NCBI GenBank assembly: GCA_050942955.1
Contig: JBMNOG010000001.1
Location: 4,347-68,346, forward strand
From: Patescibacteria group bacterium
GTDB taxonomy: Bacteria; Patescibacteriota; Microgenomatia; UBA1400; UBA1449
Direction of reading: 5' to 3'
DNA: 64,000 nucleotides
In this document: one piece after another, positions 29,249-37,775 of the stretch
Numbering within the stretch: position 1 is the first letter of the stretch
Layout: each line of letters begins with the position of its first letter
Program-made: the position numbers and the translations under genes
Notes under the pieces: generated by a model
What the model was told of the DNA's origin: nothing
Databases searched by the model: none
What the model saw: only the letters and a program-made list of their open reading frames with translations

Positions 29249-30311
29249 TCTCAATCTCCGCAATAATTTCTTTTGCAATTGCAATATCAACTTTGCGCGG
29301 TTTAAAGCTATCCGCTCGGGGAATAACGTGCAGTCTCTTCATCTCCTTTAAGATTTTAAAAGCAGTCAGGTAATTCACCTTCAGAGTCTCCTGAAGCAGG
29401 GTAGTGGTTAGAGCGTTTTTTGAAATTCCAAGCTGCAGGGCCACCGGAAAGAGGAGGAGGTACTCTTCGTTAGTTAAGTACTTGCCAAGCTTGCGTTCCT
29501 CTTTTGCAGGATCAGCCACATTAACTGAAACTTCTTCCTGAATCCGTACCAGAGTCGGCATATTGGATTGGGATCCATTAGACATGCCTTCTTCAGGGTT
29601 AGCAGTCGGAGCAGAGTCTACAGTCTCTTCCAGTTCTTTCAGTTTTTCTGCCTTAATATCTTTAACCGGTTCATCAAAATCCAGTCTACCCACTCCTTCT
29701 GCAGGAGTAAATGCACTCATTGGCAAAACCTCTTCCTTATCAAGCTTTTCCAAATATTCCACAAACCCGTCAATGGTACTGTCATATTCTTCGACCAAGG
29801 GGTGCTTCCACGTATCCTGCAGCATCATACAGACCTGATCTTCATACCAAAGGACTTCTTCAGGACCAATAAAAAAGCTTTTAAAGTAGAGCAGGCCGTA
29901 CTCCTGTACCATCTCCATGAGAATCTGTAGATTGTGAAGTTCATTGGCAACACAAACAGCCTTGACTTCCCAACCGGCTTTTTCAACCGTACTAACAAGA
30001 CGAAGCCTACGTTTCTCCCACTTATTTTTGCTTTTTGCCCCTGTCTCTAAAGTCAAAGCTTTCACAATCCCAAAGACTTTATCACCGCAAGCTTCCCTTA
30101 GTTCTTCCGGAGAGCAGTCGGTATAATTTAAGACGTCATGACAAAACCCTGCCGCCACAATATCTTCAGAGAAACCAGCTTTGGCGAGAATGGTGGCTAC
30201 TGCAGCAAGGTGTGTGAAATAAGTAAACTCTGTGTTTTGACGGAGCTGTTCCCGATGCCAATAGCTGGACAAACGGATTGCGTTCTCAACAACAGAAGAA
30301 AAATGGGCCAT
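29235..30311 (-). CDS. HD-domain hydrolase related to the RelA/SpoT (p)ppGpp-hydrolase domain, with ~170-aa uncharacterised C-terminal extension
   Basis: HLAAVATILAKAGFSEDIVAAGFCHDVL resembles SpoT/Mesh1 'H..VA.ILA..g.D...i.AALLHDvvEDT'; no synthetase domain. Confidence 0.55.
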   Translation of the reverse strand: MAHFSSVVENAIRLSSYWHREQLRQNTEFTYFTHLAAVATILAKAGFSEDIVAAGFCHDVLNYTDCSPEELREACGDKVFGIVKALTLETGAKSKNKWEKRRLRLVSTVEKAGWEVKAVCVANELHNLQILMEMVQEYGLLYFKSFFIGPEEVLWYEDQVCMMLQDTWKHPLVEEYDSTIDGFVEYLEKLDKEEVLPMSAFTPAEGVGRLDFDEPVKDIKAEKLKELEETVDSAPTANPEEGMSNGSQSNMPTLVRIQEEVSVNVADPAKEERKLGKYLTNEEYLLLFPVALQLGISKNALTTTLLQETLKVNYLTAFKILKEMKRLHVIPRADSFKPRKVDIAIAKEIIAEIENAKG

Positions 30312-30394
30312 ACTTCTAAAATAGCAAAGCTACTATAAAAAATCATGAGCTACTGTACTGTTTCTGAAATTTGGCAGCAACTTTAGATTACACT

Positions 30395-31570
30395 TCAGTC
30401 ACCGATAATTACCAGTTCCTCTTCAGCTCTGGTAACAGCAGTATACAGCCAGCGTTTCCACTCTTCATCTCCCATATGGCGGTTGCGCTGCTCAAAAACA
30501 ACCACGCGCCTGGCTTGGCTTCCCTGTGCTTTATGTACAGTAATGGCATAACCAAAATCAAAAAGGTCTCCGATATCTTTATACCCCAGTCCCTTCACTT
30601 CAGTCAGGGTTGAAGGACTGTCAAACTGATAAGTGGAAATTTTTCCAGAATAGACAAGTCCATCATCCATGGCAATTTCCGCCAAGTACCAGTGAGGGTT
30701 TTTACTTGAGTCATATTCCGGGCAAATGGAGTTAATTACCCCCAACATACCGTTATATATCCCGCTTTGCCAGTTGTTTTTGAGGCAAATAACCCGATCT
30801 CCTTCCTGCGGATGGAGAGAGTAGTAACCTCTTTGCGCCCGAATTTGCTGATTCAGTCGGATACGCATAGTGTTTATTCCCACTAAAAAGAGCGAGTCTT
30901 CGTTCCAGGATTCAAGGAGTGTTTGCATAATGTTGCCAATATCTGTGTCTGTGCGGTGATGTTTGACTACCTTTTTCCCATACACACCCACCGGAATTTT
31001 CCCTGTTTTTCTAACATGTTGAGACAGTTGGATAATCGGGCTACCTGCAGCCTGCCTATGGATCTGCTCAAGAGTTATATCCGGAGTTTTCATTAAGGAA
31101 AAATTGTCGCTAATGGGACTCAACTGACCATGATCACCTACAGCAATGATTGGCAGATGGAAACTTAAAAGGTCTTGCCAAAGAGCTTTACTGACCATCG
31201 AAGCTTCGTCAACAATAATGAGATCAAAAGGAACGTGAGTCCGGCGCACCCAGCCCAACATCTGGCCTTTTTCATCCACTTTAACCTCGTAAATAAGGCT
31301 ATGAATAGTGCCAACCTTATCATTCTTAAAAAGAGCTTTCTGAGAAGATAAGCTCTGCTGAAGTACCTGGCTAGCTTTACCAGTGAAAGCGCAAAAACTC
31401 ACCCGCAATTTGGGGTAATTATCATAAAGTTTCTGGCGCAGAACCCCCAATAGGGTAGTCTTGCCAGTACCGGCATATCCCCCTAGAGAAACATGTTGTT
31501 TTACGGGTGCCTTAACCCACTCGAAAAGTTTTTGAAGCGCCTTGTTCTGGTCTTGGGTTAAGCTAATCAT
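30395..31570 (-). CDS. SF1B RecD/Dda-like 5'-3' DNA helicase (AAA_30 plus UvrD_C_2)
   Basis: Walker A GYAGTGKTT, Walker B IIVDEASM, motif III GDHGQLSP, motif V TVHKAQGSQ, motif VI AVTRA. Confidence 0.75.
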   Translation of the reverse strand: MISLTQDQNKALQKLFEWVKAPVKQHVSLGGYAGTGKTTLLGVLRQKLYDNYPKLRVSFCAFTGKASQVLQQSLSSQKALFKNDKVGTIHSLIYEVKVDEKGQMLGWVRRTHVPFDLIIVDEASMVSKALWQDLLSFHLPIIAVGDHGQLSPISDNFSLMKTPDITLEQIHRQAAGSPIIQLSQHVRKTGKIPVGVYGKKVVKHHRTDTDIGNIMQTLLESWNEDSLFLVGINTMRIRLNQQIRAQRGYYSLHPQEGDRVICLKNNWQSGIYNGMLGVINSICPEYDSSKNPHWYLAEIAMDDGLVYSGKISTYQFDSPSTLTEVKGLGYKDIGDLFDFGYAITVHKAQGSQARRVVVFEQRNRHMGDEEWKRWLYTAVTRAEEELVIIGD

Positions 31571-31665
31571 GGAAAAGTCTATTTATAAAAAATAGCGCAG
31601 AGAAGAGTATAGCAGACACAGAGAGAAGGAGTTATCTTTCTTAAACTCAAACCAGAATGATTTTG

Positions 31666-31736
31666 AGCGGGTGAGCGGAATCGAACCGCCTTCTTCTCCT
31701 TGGAAGGGAGATATACTACCGGTGTACTACACCCGC
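31666..31736 (-). tRNA. tRNA-Trp (anticodon CCA)
   Basis: Minus strand: gcgggtg..D-arm..tctcc-cttCCAag-ggaga..ggcggttcgattccgct-cacccgc. Confidence 0.75.
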
Positions 31737-31785
31737 ATACTTTTAAGTTCTTTTTGCCTGTTAACATTTTACTAGGAGATATTCC

Positions 31786-31815
31786 GTTTTGCGGGTGAAC
31801 CACTCCCGCATACTT
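31786..31815. repeat. Minihelix copy of the tRNA-Trp termini (acceptor-stem-only remnant)
   Basis: ttttgcgggtgaaccactcccgcatactt repeats ttttgaGCGGGTGagcgg (3' flank) and ctacaCCCGCATACTTtt (5' end) of the adjacent tRNA-Trp, as if the tRNA body were deleted. Confidence 0.45.
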
Positions 31816-31928
31816 AAAAAAATATTTACTTGTTAAACTCCTCGAGAAGGAAATGCACTGTTTTGCGAGGTGTTCTTCCCCTGCTTATTAAAACCTTCTG
31901 TTATATACCCACTTTTGGAGTTGTACTT

Positions 31929-32294
31929 TTATTCAGAATCTAGATACTCACTAAATTGAACTTCACCTTCTGACTCGGGTTTCAACGTCCGTATTATATC
32001 ATTTAATTCGTCTTTGCTTGTGGAGGTTAGTGATCCGCTACTTGTCACAGACTGGAGATTTTCAAAAATACTTAACTGATTCTGAATAAAAGGAGCTAGG
32101 GTAAAAGTTGAAAAGGCAATACTTAGAACCACCAGAATAAAAACTATAATCTTTATTGCCATATTCCAGTAAAACTGCGTGATTTGCAGTTGTAGCCATT
32201 TTTTAAAGAGTTTGTCTGTTTCAGGAGAAAGAGACTGAATAATGTTAGGCGGCTGGTCTTGATGGGCTGGCTGGTTGTTAAATTCAGGAAGCAT
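31929..32294 (-). CDS. Hypothetical single-TM membrane protein
   Basis: ORF with a central hydrophobic helix. Confidence 0.35.
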   Translation of the reverse strand: MLPEFNNQPAHQDQPPNIIQSLSPETDKLFKKWLQLQITQFYWNMAIKIIVFILVVLSIAFSTFTLAPFIQNQLSIFENLQSVTSSGSLTSTSKDELNDIIRTLKPESEGEVQFSEYLDSE

Positions 32295-32376
32295 AGAAAT
32301 TTAGGTATTAGTATTAAAATACACAAAAAACCTCTTCCTTACAAGCAATGAAAAGCAAATTGGCAGATTTTGAGGT

Positions 32377-33495
32377 CTAAACATAAACAATGATGTTCCT
32401 TTTAGTGCTTCCCAAGTCTTCAAGTCGTACTTTAATAAATTGAACTCCCGTTTTCCTGCAGTAAGCTTCAATTTCTTCCAGATACTTGCTAGCCCATTCT
32501 ACAGCTACAACATTGTTTTTTCTCAGCATTGTGCTAAACCCTAGCTTTGACAGATCTTCAAACTTCTCTAACCTCCAAGGATCCAGGTGATAAAGTATGC
32601 CCTTGACTGAATGTCTTTCATAAGGATACTCGTTTACTAGAGTATAAGAAGGAGAAACTATTGTAGTCTCAACTCTTAAAAACTCCCCAATCCCTTTTAC
32701 AAAAATTGTTTTACCAACTCCAAGTTCTCCAATAAGACCAACTACTAATCCCTTTTCCCTTATATCATTCCAATGCTTTAGTATAAGAGTATGTGCCATT
32801 TTTTTAGTTTCATCTTCGGAGTGTGACAGTAATTCGACCTGCTTTTCTCCAAGATCAATACTACCCCTACGTAAAACCATAGTATCCACTAATGTAGTGT
32901 CTACCACAGTTGATGCCTCTCTTTTAGGTAACTGGCCTGCATCTATTAGAAGATCAAGCTTAACTTTTTGGCATTCTGAAAGAGGGGAGAGGATATCATC
33001 GATGGAGTAAGGTTTCTTTTGCCAGCTAGCGTTTGCAGAAGTAGCGGTGATGGGCCTTCTATACTTTCTTACCAAATCCATAGCGAAAGGATGGCTTGAA
33101 ATTCGTACTCCAATATTCCCCAATTCAGAGGCAACACCCTCTGCCAACTCTTCCTTAGCTTTTGAAACAATTGTCATTGGCCCAGGAAGAAAACGCTGGT
33201 AAAGCTTGTGAGCTGATTCATTAATGTAAACATACTTACTCGCAACCTTTTCGCTATCTACCAAAATTGACAGCGGCTTGCCTTCTCTTCTTCTTTTGTA
33301 GCTTAAGAGTTTATTAATAGCCGCTTGGTTAGTAGCGTCAGCTCCAAGACCATAGCACGTCTCAGTGGGATAAACTACCAATCCACCATTTTCCAAAGTT
33401 TGTACAGCTTTTATTAGCACTTCTGTTAGGTTACGCTTACTAAGTTTAATTATTTTCATAATACTCGCTCCCTTGACATACGTATTATAAATCAT
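32377..33495 (-). CDS. Fused L-threonylcarbamoyladenylate synthase (TsaC/YrdC/Sua5 domain) and TsaE P-loop protein
   Basis: N-terminal YrdC fold (VVYPTETCYGLGADA..SILVDS..GPMTIVS..RISSHP); C-terminal TsaE P-loop LIGELGVGKTIFVKGI and ..ILYHLDPWRL. Confidence 0.65.
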   Translation of the reverse strand: MIYNTYVKGASIMKIIKLSKRNLTEVLIKAVQTLENGGLVVYPTETCYGLGADATNQAAINKLLSYKRRREGKPLSILVDSEKVASKYVYINESAHKLYQRFLPGPMTIVSKAKEELAEGVASELGNIGVRISSHPFAMDLVRKYRRPITATSANASWQKKPYSIDDILSPLSECQKVKLDLLIDAGQLPKREASTVVDTTLVDTMVLRRGSIDLGEKQVELLSHSEDETKKMAHTLILKHWNDIREKGLVVGLIGELGVGKTIFVKGIGEFLRVETTIVSPSYTLVNEYPYERHSVKGILYHLDPWRLEKFEDLSKLGFSTMLRKNNVVAVEWASKYLEEIEAYCRKTGVQFIKVRLEDLGSTKRNIIVYV

Positions 33496-33499
33496 TAGA

Positions 33500-33916
33500 T
33501 TGTATATAATCTTCTATATGGATAAAGTATTAGTCATTGATGACGATCCTCAGTTTACAGATATTGTAAAATTCCACCTCCAGAAATTAGGCATTGAAGT
33601 GTATGTTGCCCACACTAAAAATGATGTATTTGACCTAGCAAATCAACATAAGTTTAAGGTCATAATTTTAGACATTTTCTTTCCCAATAAAGAGGATAGT
33701 CAAGCACTCTTAAAACTAATAAAAAAGGATGAATTAATCAAGAATGTTCCTATTGTCCTTGTCACTTCTTTGCCCATGGAGTTTTTCCAGCAAGAAGGAA
33801 ATCTTGACCAGTATCTTCGAGATGTGAAGATGTTTGTAAGTAAAAATGAAGACGCGAAGACAATCGTAAGCCGGATTAAGGATATTATTACAGACCAGAA
33901 CCAGCCTTCTTTGTAA
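33500..33916 (+). CDS. Stand-alone CheY-like receiver domain protein
   Basis: VLVIDDD..ILDIFFP..K receiver pattern; no output domain. Confidence 0.6.
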   Translation: MYIIFYMDKVLVIDDDPQFTDIVKFHLQKLGIEVYVAHTKNDVFDLANQHKFKVIILDIFFPNKEDSQALLKLIKKDELIKNVPIVLVTSLPMEFFQQEGNLDQYLRDVKMFVSKNEDAKTIVSRIKDIITDQNQPSL

Positions 33917-34009
33917 AGATTTCATGTTATAATTAACTTCGTTCATTTGGGTTCTTAGTCAAGGCAGTAGAGTGGTTCGCAATCAAGGCAGTCGCCCCGA
34001 TTGAAGCTC

Positions 34010-34046
34010 ATGGATCAGTTGGCTAGAGCGCTTCGTTGACAGTGAA
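34010..34046 (+). other. Partial duplicate of tRNA-Val (D-arm plus 5' anticodon stem), pseudo-tRNA fragment
   Basis: cagttggctagagcgcttcgttgaca is identical to the same 26 nt inside the downstream tRNA-Val, then diverges. The upstream gggttcttagtc (33948) also mimics the tRNA 5' end. Confidence 0.5.
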
Positions 34047-34057
34047 AATCTTAGTTC

Positions 34058-34134
34058 GGGTTCGTAGCTCAGTTGGCTAGAGCGCTTCGTTGACATCGAA
34101 GAGGTCACAGGTTCAAGTCCTGTCGAACCCACCA
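34058..34134 (+). tRNA. tRNA-Val (anticodon GAC), CCA encoded
   Basis: gggttcg-ta-gctcagttggctagagc-g-cttcg-ttGACat-cgaag-aggtc-acagg-ttcaagt-cctgt-cgaaccc-a-cca. Confidence 0.85.
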
Positions 34135-34165
34135 AAAATCCCACACCAAAAGTGTGGGATTTTTA
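34135..34165. terminator. Bidirectional rho-independent terminator
   Basis: aaaatcccacac-caaaa-gtgtgggatttt perfect hairpin flanked by A/T runs, between tRNA-Val (+) and a convergent gene (-). Confidence 0.75.
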
Positions 34166-34183
34166 CTTCCTTGTGTAACGAGC

Positions 34184-35203
34184 TTACTTGAATGGAGTAG
34201 AGTCACAGTTGTTATTTTCTTCACTACAGCCCAGTTGAATCCACTCATAAAATGTTTCCGGATCACCATTTATTGCATAAATCACCTTATCTACAGTTCG
34301 GTAGTGCTTTATAGTCTCTCCAACTTGAGCTAAGAATTCTTGACTACCACAGCTAGTGCTGGCATTTGGAATAATGTTCCTAATATCTTTTAAATCGACA
34401 TAGGCAGTCCTGCCTTCAACCCTTACACTTTGTAAAATCCCTCTGGTTTTATCAGAAAAAAAGGAAGTATAGCCCTGTTCTTTTTCACTTTGTGTGGGTC
34501 CCATAAAGAGCTGTTCCAAAGCAGCTTTGATAGTATCTTCTGTTCCGGGAACTATTCTTTCCGTACCAAAAACAATACCACACTCTGTTGGTTCCTGATT
34601 TCTTCTGGAGTTATTAAAGTAAACTACCACAGTTTTTGGGTTATTCGGCTGAGCTACTTTCTGGGCTACCGCTTGGCAATTCACATCAGTAATTTTCCAC
34701 TCACCAACAACTTCTTTGACTATAACTGGCACAACACGACCATTGCCTGAAAAGTTTTGAACAAGGTTCACAGTTACAGTCGTTTTGTCTTCAGAAACAA
34801 TATCAGTTTCAACAGTGAAACCGGAAGGCTTATCCTGAGCACAAAGAAAAGGGTCATAGCCACCTTTATCAAAAGAAGCGATAATGCCATCTACTTTGGT
34901 ACGGAATTCTTCGCTTAAGTAATCACTTGTCTTGTAGGCTCCACTGCTCATGACATTGCCTTCGTATTGCAAGTACCAACTGTAAAAAGCTTCAACTATT
35001 TCCTCAGGTGAATTGCCATTTTTAATAAGTTCCCCACAACTGCCACTGGGTCTGGGATCGCTAGGTTTACCATGGGCTACCCACTGGCCATTTTCACAAA
35101 TCCAAACATCTTCTTTACCTCCAGCTATAAAACGGAGACTTACAAACAATCCGGTAAAAATTAAAATCACTAACAGAAAAAGAGCAATAACTTTGTTTTT
35201 CAT
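34184..35203 (-). CDS. Membrane-anchored GerMN-domain protein
   Basis: N-terminal TM; C-terminal VVVYFNN..CGIVFGTERIV..AALEQLFMGPT..VDLKD..AINGDP pattern of the GerMN domain. Confidence 0.5.
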   Translation of the reverse strand: MKNKVIALFLLVILIFTGLFVSLRFIAGGKEDVWICENGQWVAHGKPSDPRPSGSCGELIKNGNSPEEIVEAFYSWYLQYEGNVMSSGAYKTSDYLSEEFRTKVDGIIASFDKGGYDPFLCAQDKPSGFTVETDIVSEDKTTVTVNLVQNFSGNGRVVPVIVKEVVGEWKITDVNCQAVAQKVAQPNNPKTVVVYFNNSRRNQEPTECGIVFGTERIVPGTEDTIKAALEQLFMGPTQSEKEQGYTSFFSDKTRGILQSVRVEGRTAYVDLKDIRNIIPNASTSCGSQEFLAQVGETIKHYRTVDKVIYAINGDPETFYEWIQLGCSEENNNCDSTPFK

Positions 35204-35273
35204 AGTGTTTCACCACCTTCCACACAAGTAACTTTTATAACAATGGTTGCATAGTAAAACAATCGGAGTTGAC

Positions 35274-36545
35274 TCAATTTGACTCAATTTTTCTTGCAGA
35301 GATATCAGGAGAAATCTGGAAAGTTTTAGCTTCAAACATAATGGTTTCAAAGCCAAAAACTTCCCGGCTTTTTTCATTGACAGCCCTAACTGCATCATAT
35401 ACCTTGCGCCAGTTTTTCTTTACTTCCTCAAAGATATCAATACCAAATCCTTTTTCCAAAATTTCATCGTACTCCCAGCGCTTCTTGGGATTGGAAAACA
35501 AAACCTTGCAAACGTGGTACTGATTAGAATCGTACGGCAGTTTCAGACGCTTATCTCCGAAAATAATTACACTATCACTTTTATTAAAGAGTAGGGTAGG
35601 AGTCTTTTCTTTCTTGCTAACCGTCACTAAAGGTAAAACATCCTTTCCCAAAAGCCATCTAGCGCTTACTATCATAATTCCTGTAACAACGATACCTGCA
35701 GTTAAAGAAAAAGCCACATGCTTATAAAGATTTTCTCTAATTTGTTTAAGAGAATACCCACTAATAACCAAACCCACAGGTTGAGAGGAACTTTTATACA
35801 TAGGGTAGAAGTACACTAAATATGGTTCTTTAGTTTTCTCATCTTCAATTGTTTGAAATCCCTGTTTGAGATGTTTAGCTACATAACTTCTGTCAATATA
35901 AGAAGGTAAGTTGTCTTTTCTCAAAAGTGTCTTATTAAACTTGTCTACCACTTCGAAAGCGATTTTATTGCTTACTTTGGTTCCATCTACCTTGGAAACG
36001 TCAATCCCTGTTTGTGATACGGCTGTTTGCGAAAGGATTTCATACGCTGCATATTTTAACTGAGCATCAACTTCTTCAATCGAAGAGAACTCTGGCTGAG
36101 CATAGCCCGTCGTTATAACTCCAACGACTGTGTTATCTTTGAAAATCGGCTGTGAGAAGAGCTGCCACCGCTGACCTACTGGAGTAGTTATAATCTGTGG
36201 AGTTTGGAAAGAAGAGCTAAAACGATAATCTGAAATATCCAGAAAGCCGTTAATCATATTCTTCTTATCAATAACAAAGCCGTCAATCGTAATAACATAC
36301 AACGGTCCTGAGTGGGAAATTTTGGAGTTAACATACGCTGACACATCCCACAGACCCTCTTTGTACGAAATTGTTTCCGAGACCACTCGGGTAGTATTTT
36401 TTAAATCGGAGCGTAAGCTTCTTTCAGATGACCAGGAGTAATAAATTAGGTTAGCTACTATGTAAATACAGGAAAAAATTGCTAAAGGAAAAAGAATTTT
36501 CGATAAAACAGATTCCTTAAAACTAGAGATAAACACTTTCTTCAT
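35274..36545 (-). CDS. Hypothetical two-TM membrane protein with periplasmic sensor-like domain
   Basis: ORF with TM helices at the N-terminus and at ~aa 270; no catalytic motif seen. Confidence 0.35.
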   Translation of the reverse strand: MKKVFISSFKESVLSKILFPLAIFSCIYIVANLIYYSWSSERSLRSDLKNTTRVVSETISYKEGLWDVSAYVNSKISHSGPLYVITIDGFVIDKKNMINGFLDISDYRFSSSFQTPQIITTPVGQRWQLFSQPIFKDNTVVGVITTGYAQPEFSSIEEVDAQLKYAAYEILSQTAVSQTGIDVSKVDGTKVSNKIAFEVVDKFNKTLLRKDNLPSYIDRSYVAKHLKQGFQTIEDEKTKEPYLVYFYPMYKSSSQPVGLVISGYSLKQIRENLYKHVAFSLTAGIVVTGIMIVSARWLLGKDVLPLVTVSKKEKTPTLLFNKSDSVIIFGDKRLKLPYDSNQYHVCKVLFSNPKKRWEYDEILEKGFGIDIFEEVKKNWRKVYDAVRAVNEKSREVFGFETIMFEAKTFQISPDISARKIESN

Positions 36546-36672
36546 AACTGATTCATTAACTGCTCGTTATAGTAAAGAGTCATACTTACCAGTCAGATAA
36601 CGTTACTGCTGATAGTTTAATAAGATTTGACGCCACTGCCATTATAAATATTAATTACTAAAAGCTAAAGTT

Positions 36673-37491
36673 ATGAAAATTCTTAAACTTAATGAAAATA
36701 CCTCTATTCCAATTCTTGGCCTTGGAACCTGGGAACTAACCGGTTCCGAGTGTACAGAGATCGTAGAAAAGGCTCTGGAAATAGGCTACAGGCATATCGA
36801 TACCGCAGACGCTTATGGCAACCACCAGGAAATTGCCAAAGCTCTTAAAGAGAGCAAAGTACCAAGAAAGGAATTGTTTATTACGACAAAACTGTGGCGG
36901 ACAAACATGCACGCTAGAAATGCTATCGAGGCTGGGAAAAGAGCCTTAGAAGAATTAGAGGCTGACTACATTGATCTTTATCTTATCCACTGGCCAAATC
37001 GGAGCGTTCCCATTACTGAAACTCTGGAAGCCATGAACACCTTAAAAGAAGAAGGGTTAGTAAAAGCTATTGGAGTCTCAAACTTTACTATTAACCACCT
37101 TAAAGATGCTCTTGAGACCGGTATTGAGATCACCAACAACCAGATTGAGTTTCACCCAAGTTTAAACCAAAGAGAGTTAAAAGACTTTTGTGACAGTAAA
37201 GGGATTACCATAACCGGATACTCACCCTTTGCTAGAGGAGAGGATCTGGATTTACCAGTAATTCAGGAAATTGCGCAAAAGCATAATAGAAGTGTCGCTC
37301 AGGTCATTTTAAACTGGTTGATGCAGAAAAACATTATTGCTATTCCCAAAGCCTCAAGTGAAAAACATTTGAAAGATAATTTTGCCTCACTCAAATGGAA
37401 ACTTTCAAAGGAAGATTTGAAACGAATTGATACTGTTAACCACGAACCTAACCGAACTGTAACCCCACCCTGGGCTGATTTTGGGTACTGA
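36673..37491 (+). CDS. Aldo-keto reductase (2,5-diketo-D-gluconate reductase-like)
   Basis: GLGTWE, YRHIDTA, IHWP and the C-terminal IPKAS..hL..N motif. Confidence 0.85.
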   Translation: MKILKLNENTSIPILGLGTWELTGSECTEIVEKALEIGYRHIDTADAYGNHQEIAKALKESKVPRKELFITTKLWRTNMHARNAIEAGKRALEELEADYIDLYLIHWPNRSVPITETLEAMNTLKEEGLVKAIGVSNFTINHLKDALETGIEITNNQIEFHPSLNQRELKDFCDSKGITITGYSPFARGEDLDLPVIQEIAQKHNRSVAQVILNWLMQKNIIAIPKASSEKHLKDNFASLKWKLSKEDLKRIDTVNHEPNRTVTPPWADFGY

Positions 37492-37530
37492 AAACATTTT
37501 TAAATAAGATCTTATACAAAAATCTTACTA

Positions 37531-37758
37531 CTACCTGTTTGCCTCAAACACTACCCCTCCTTGCTGAATAAACTCACTTCCCACAGTACAGGTTTCACAA
37601 TGACCATTACTTCCATTTCCACACTGTATAGCTAATCCTAAAGCTTCCATTATATCTAAACCTCTTCCGTCATCTCCTGCACTCAAACCTTCGGTGGTTA
37701 AGGAAACCTGAATAAATGCATCTCTTAAAGCCCTTAGTTTAGGACATTCGCTTGACAT
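37531..37758 (-). CDS. Small Cys/Gly-containing hypothetical protein (75 aa) co-transcribed downstream of the patatin gene
   Basis: ORF only; 17-nt spacing from the upstream gene. Confidence 0.3.
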   Translation of the reverse strand: MSSECPKLRALRDAFIQVSLTTEGLSAGDDGRGLDIMEALGLAIQCGNGSNGHCETCTVGSEFIQQGGVVFEANR

Positions 37759-37775
37759 ACTTCCTCCATAACTTT

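Noticed and set aside
28970-29290. 106-aa version of the DUF333 gene starting at 29290
   Set aside because: The upstream extension (MILQLQKKLLRRLRM) overlaps the HD gene by 56 nt and precedes a canonical signal peptide; the Met at 29248 is the more plausible start
31579-31803. 74-aa ORF on the minus strand
   Set aside because: It overlaps tRNA-Trp and the minihelix; no coding signal
35268-35290. Tandem decamer gactcaattt x2
   Set aside because: Only two units, in a promoter-proximal AT-rich spacer; too short to call a repeat element
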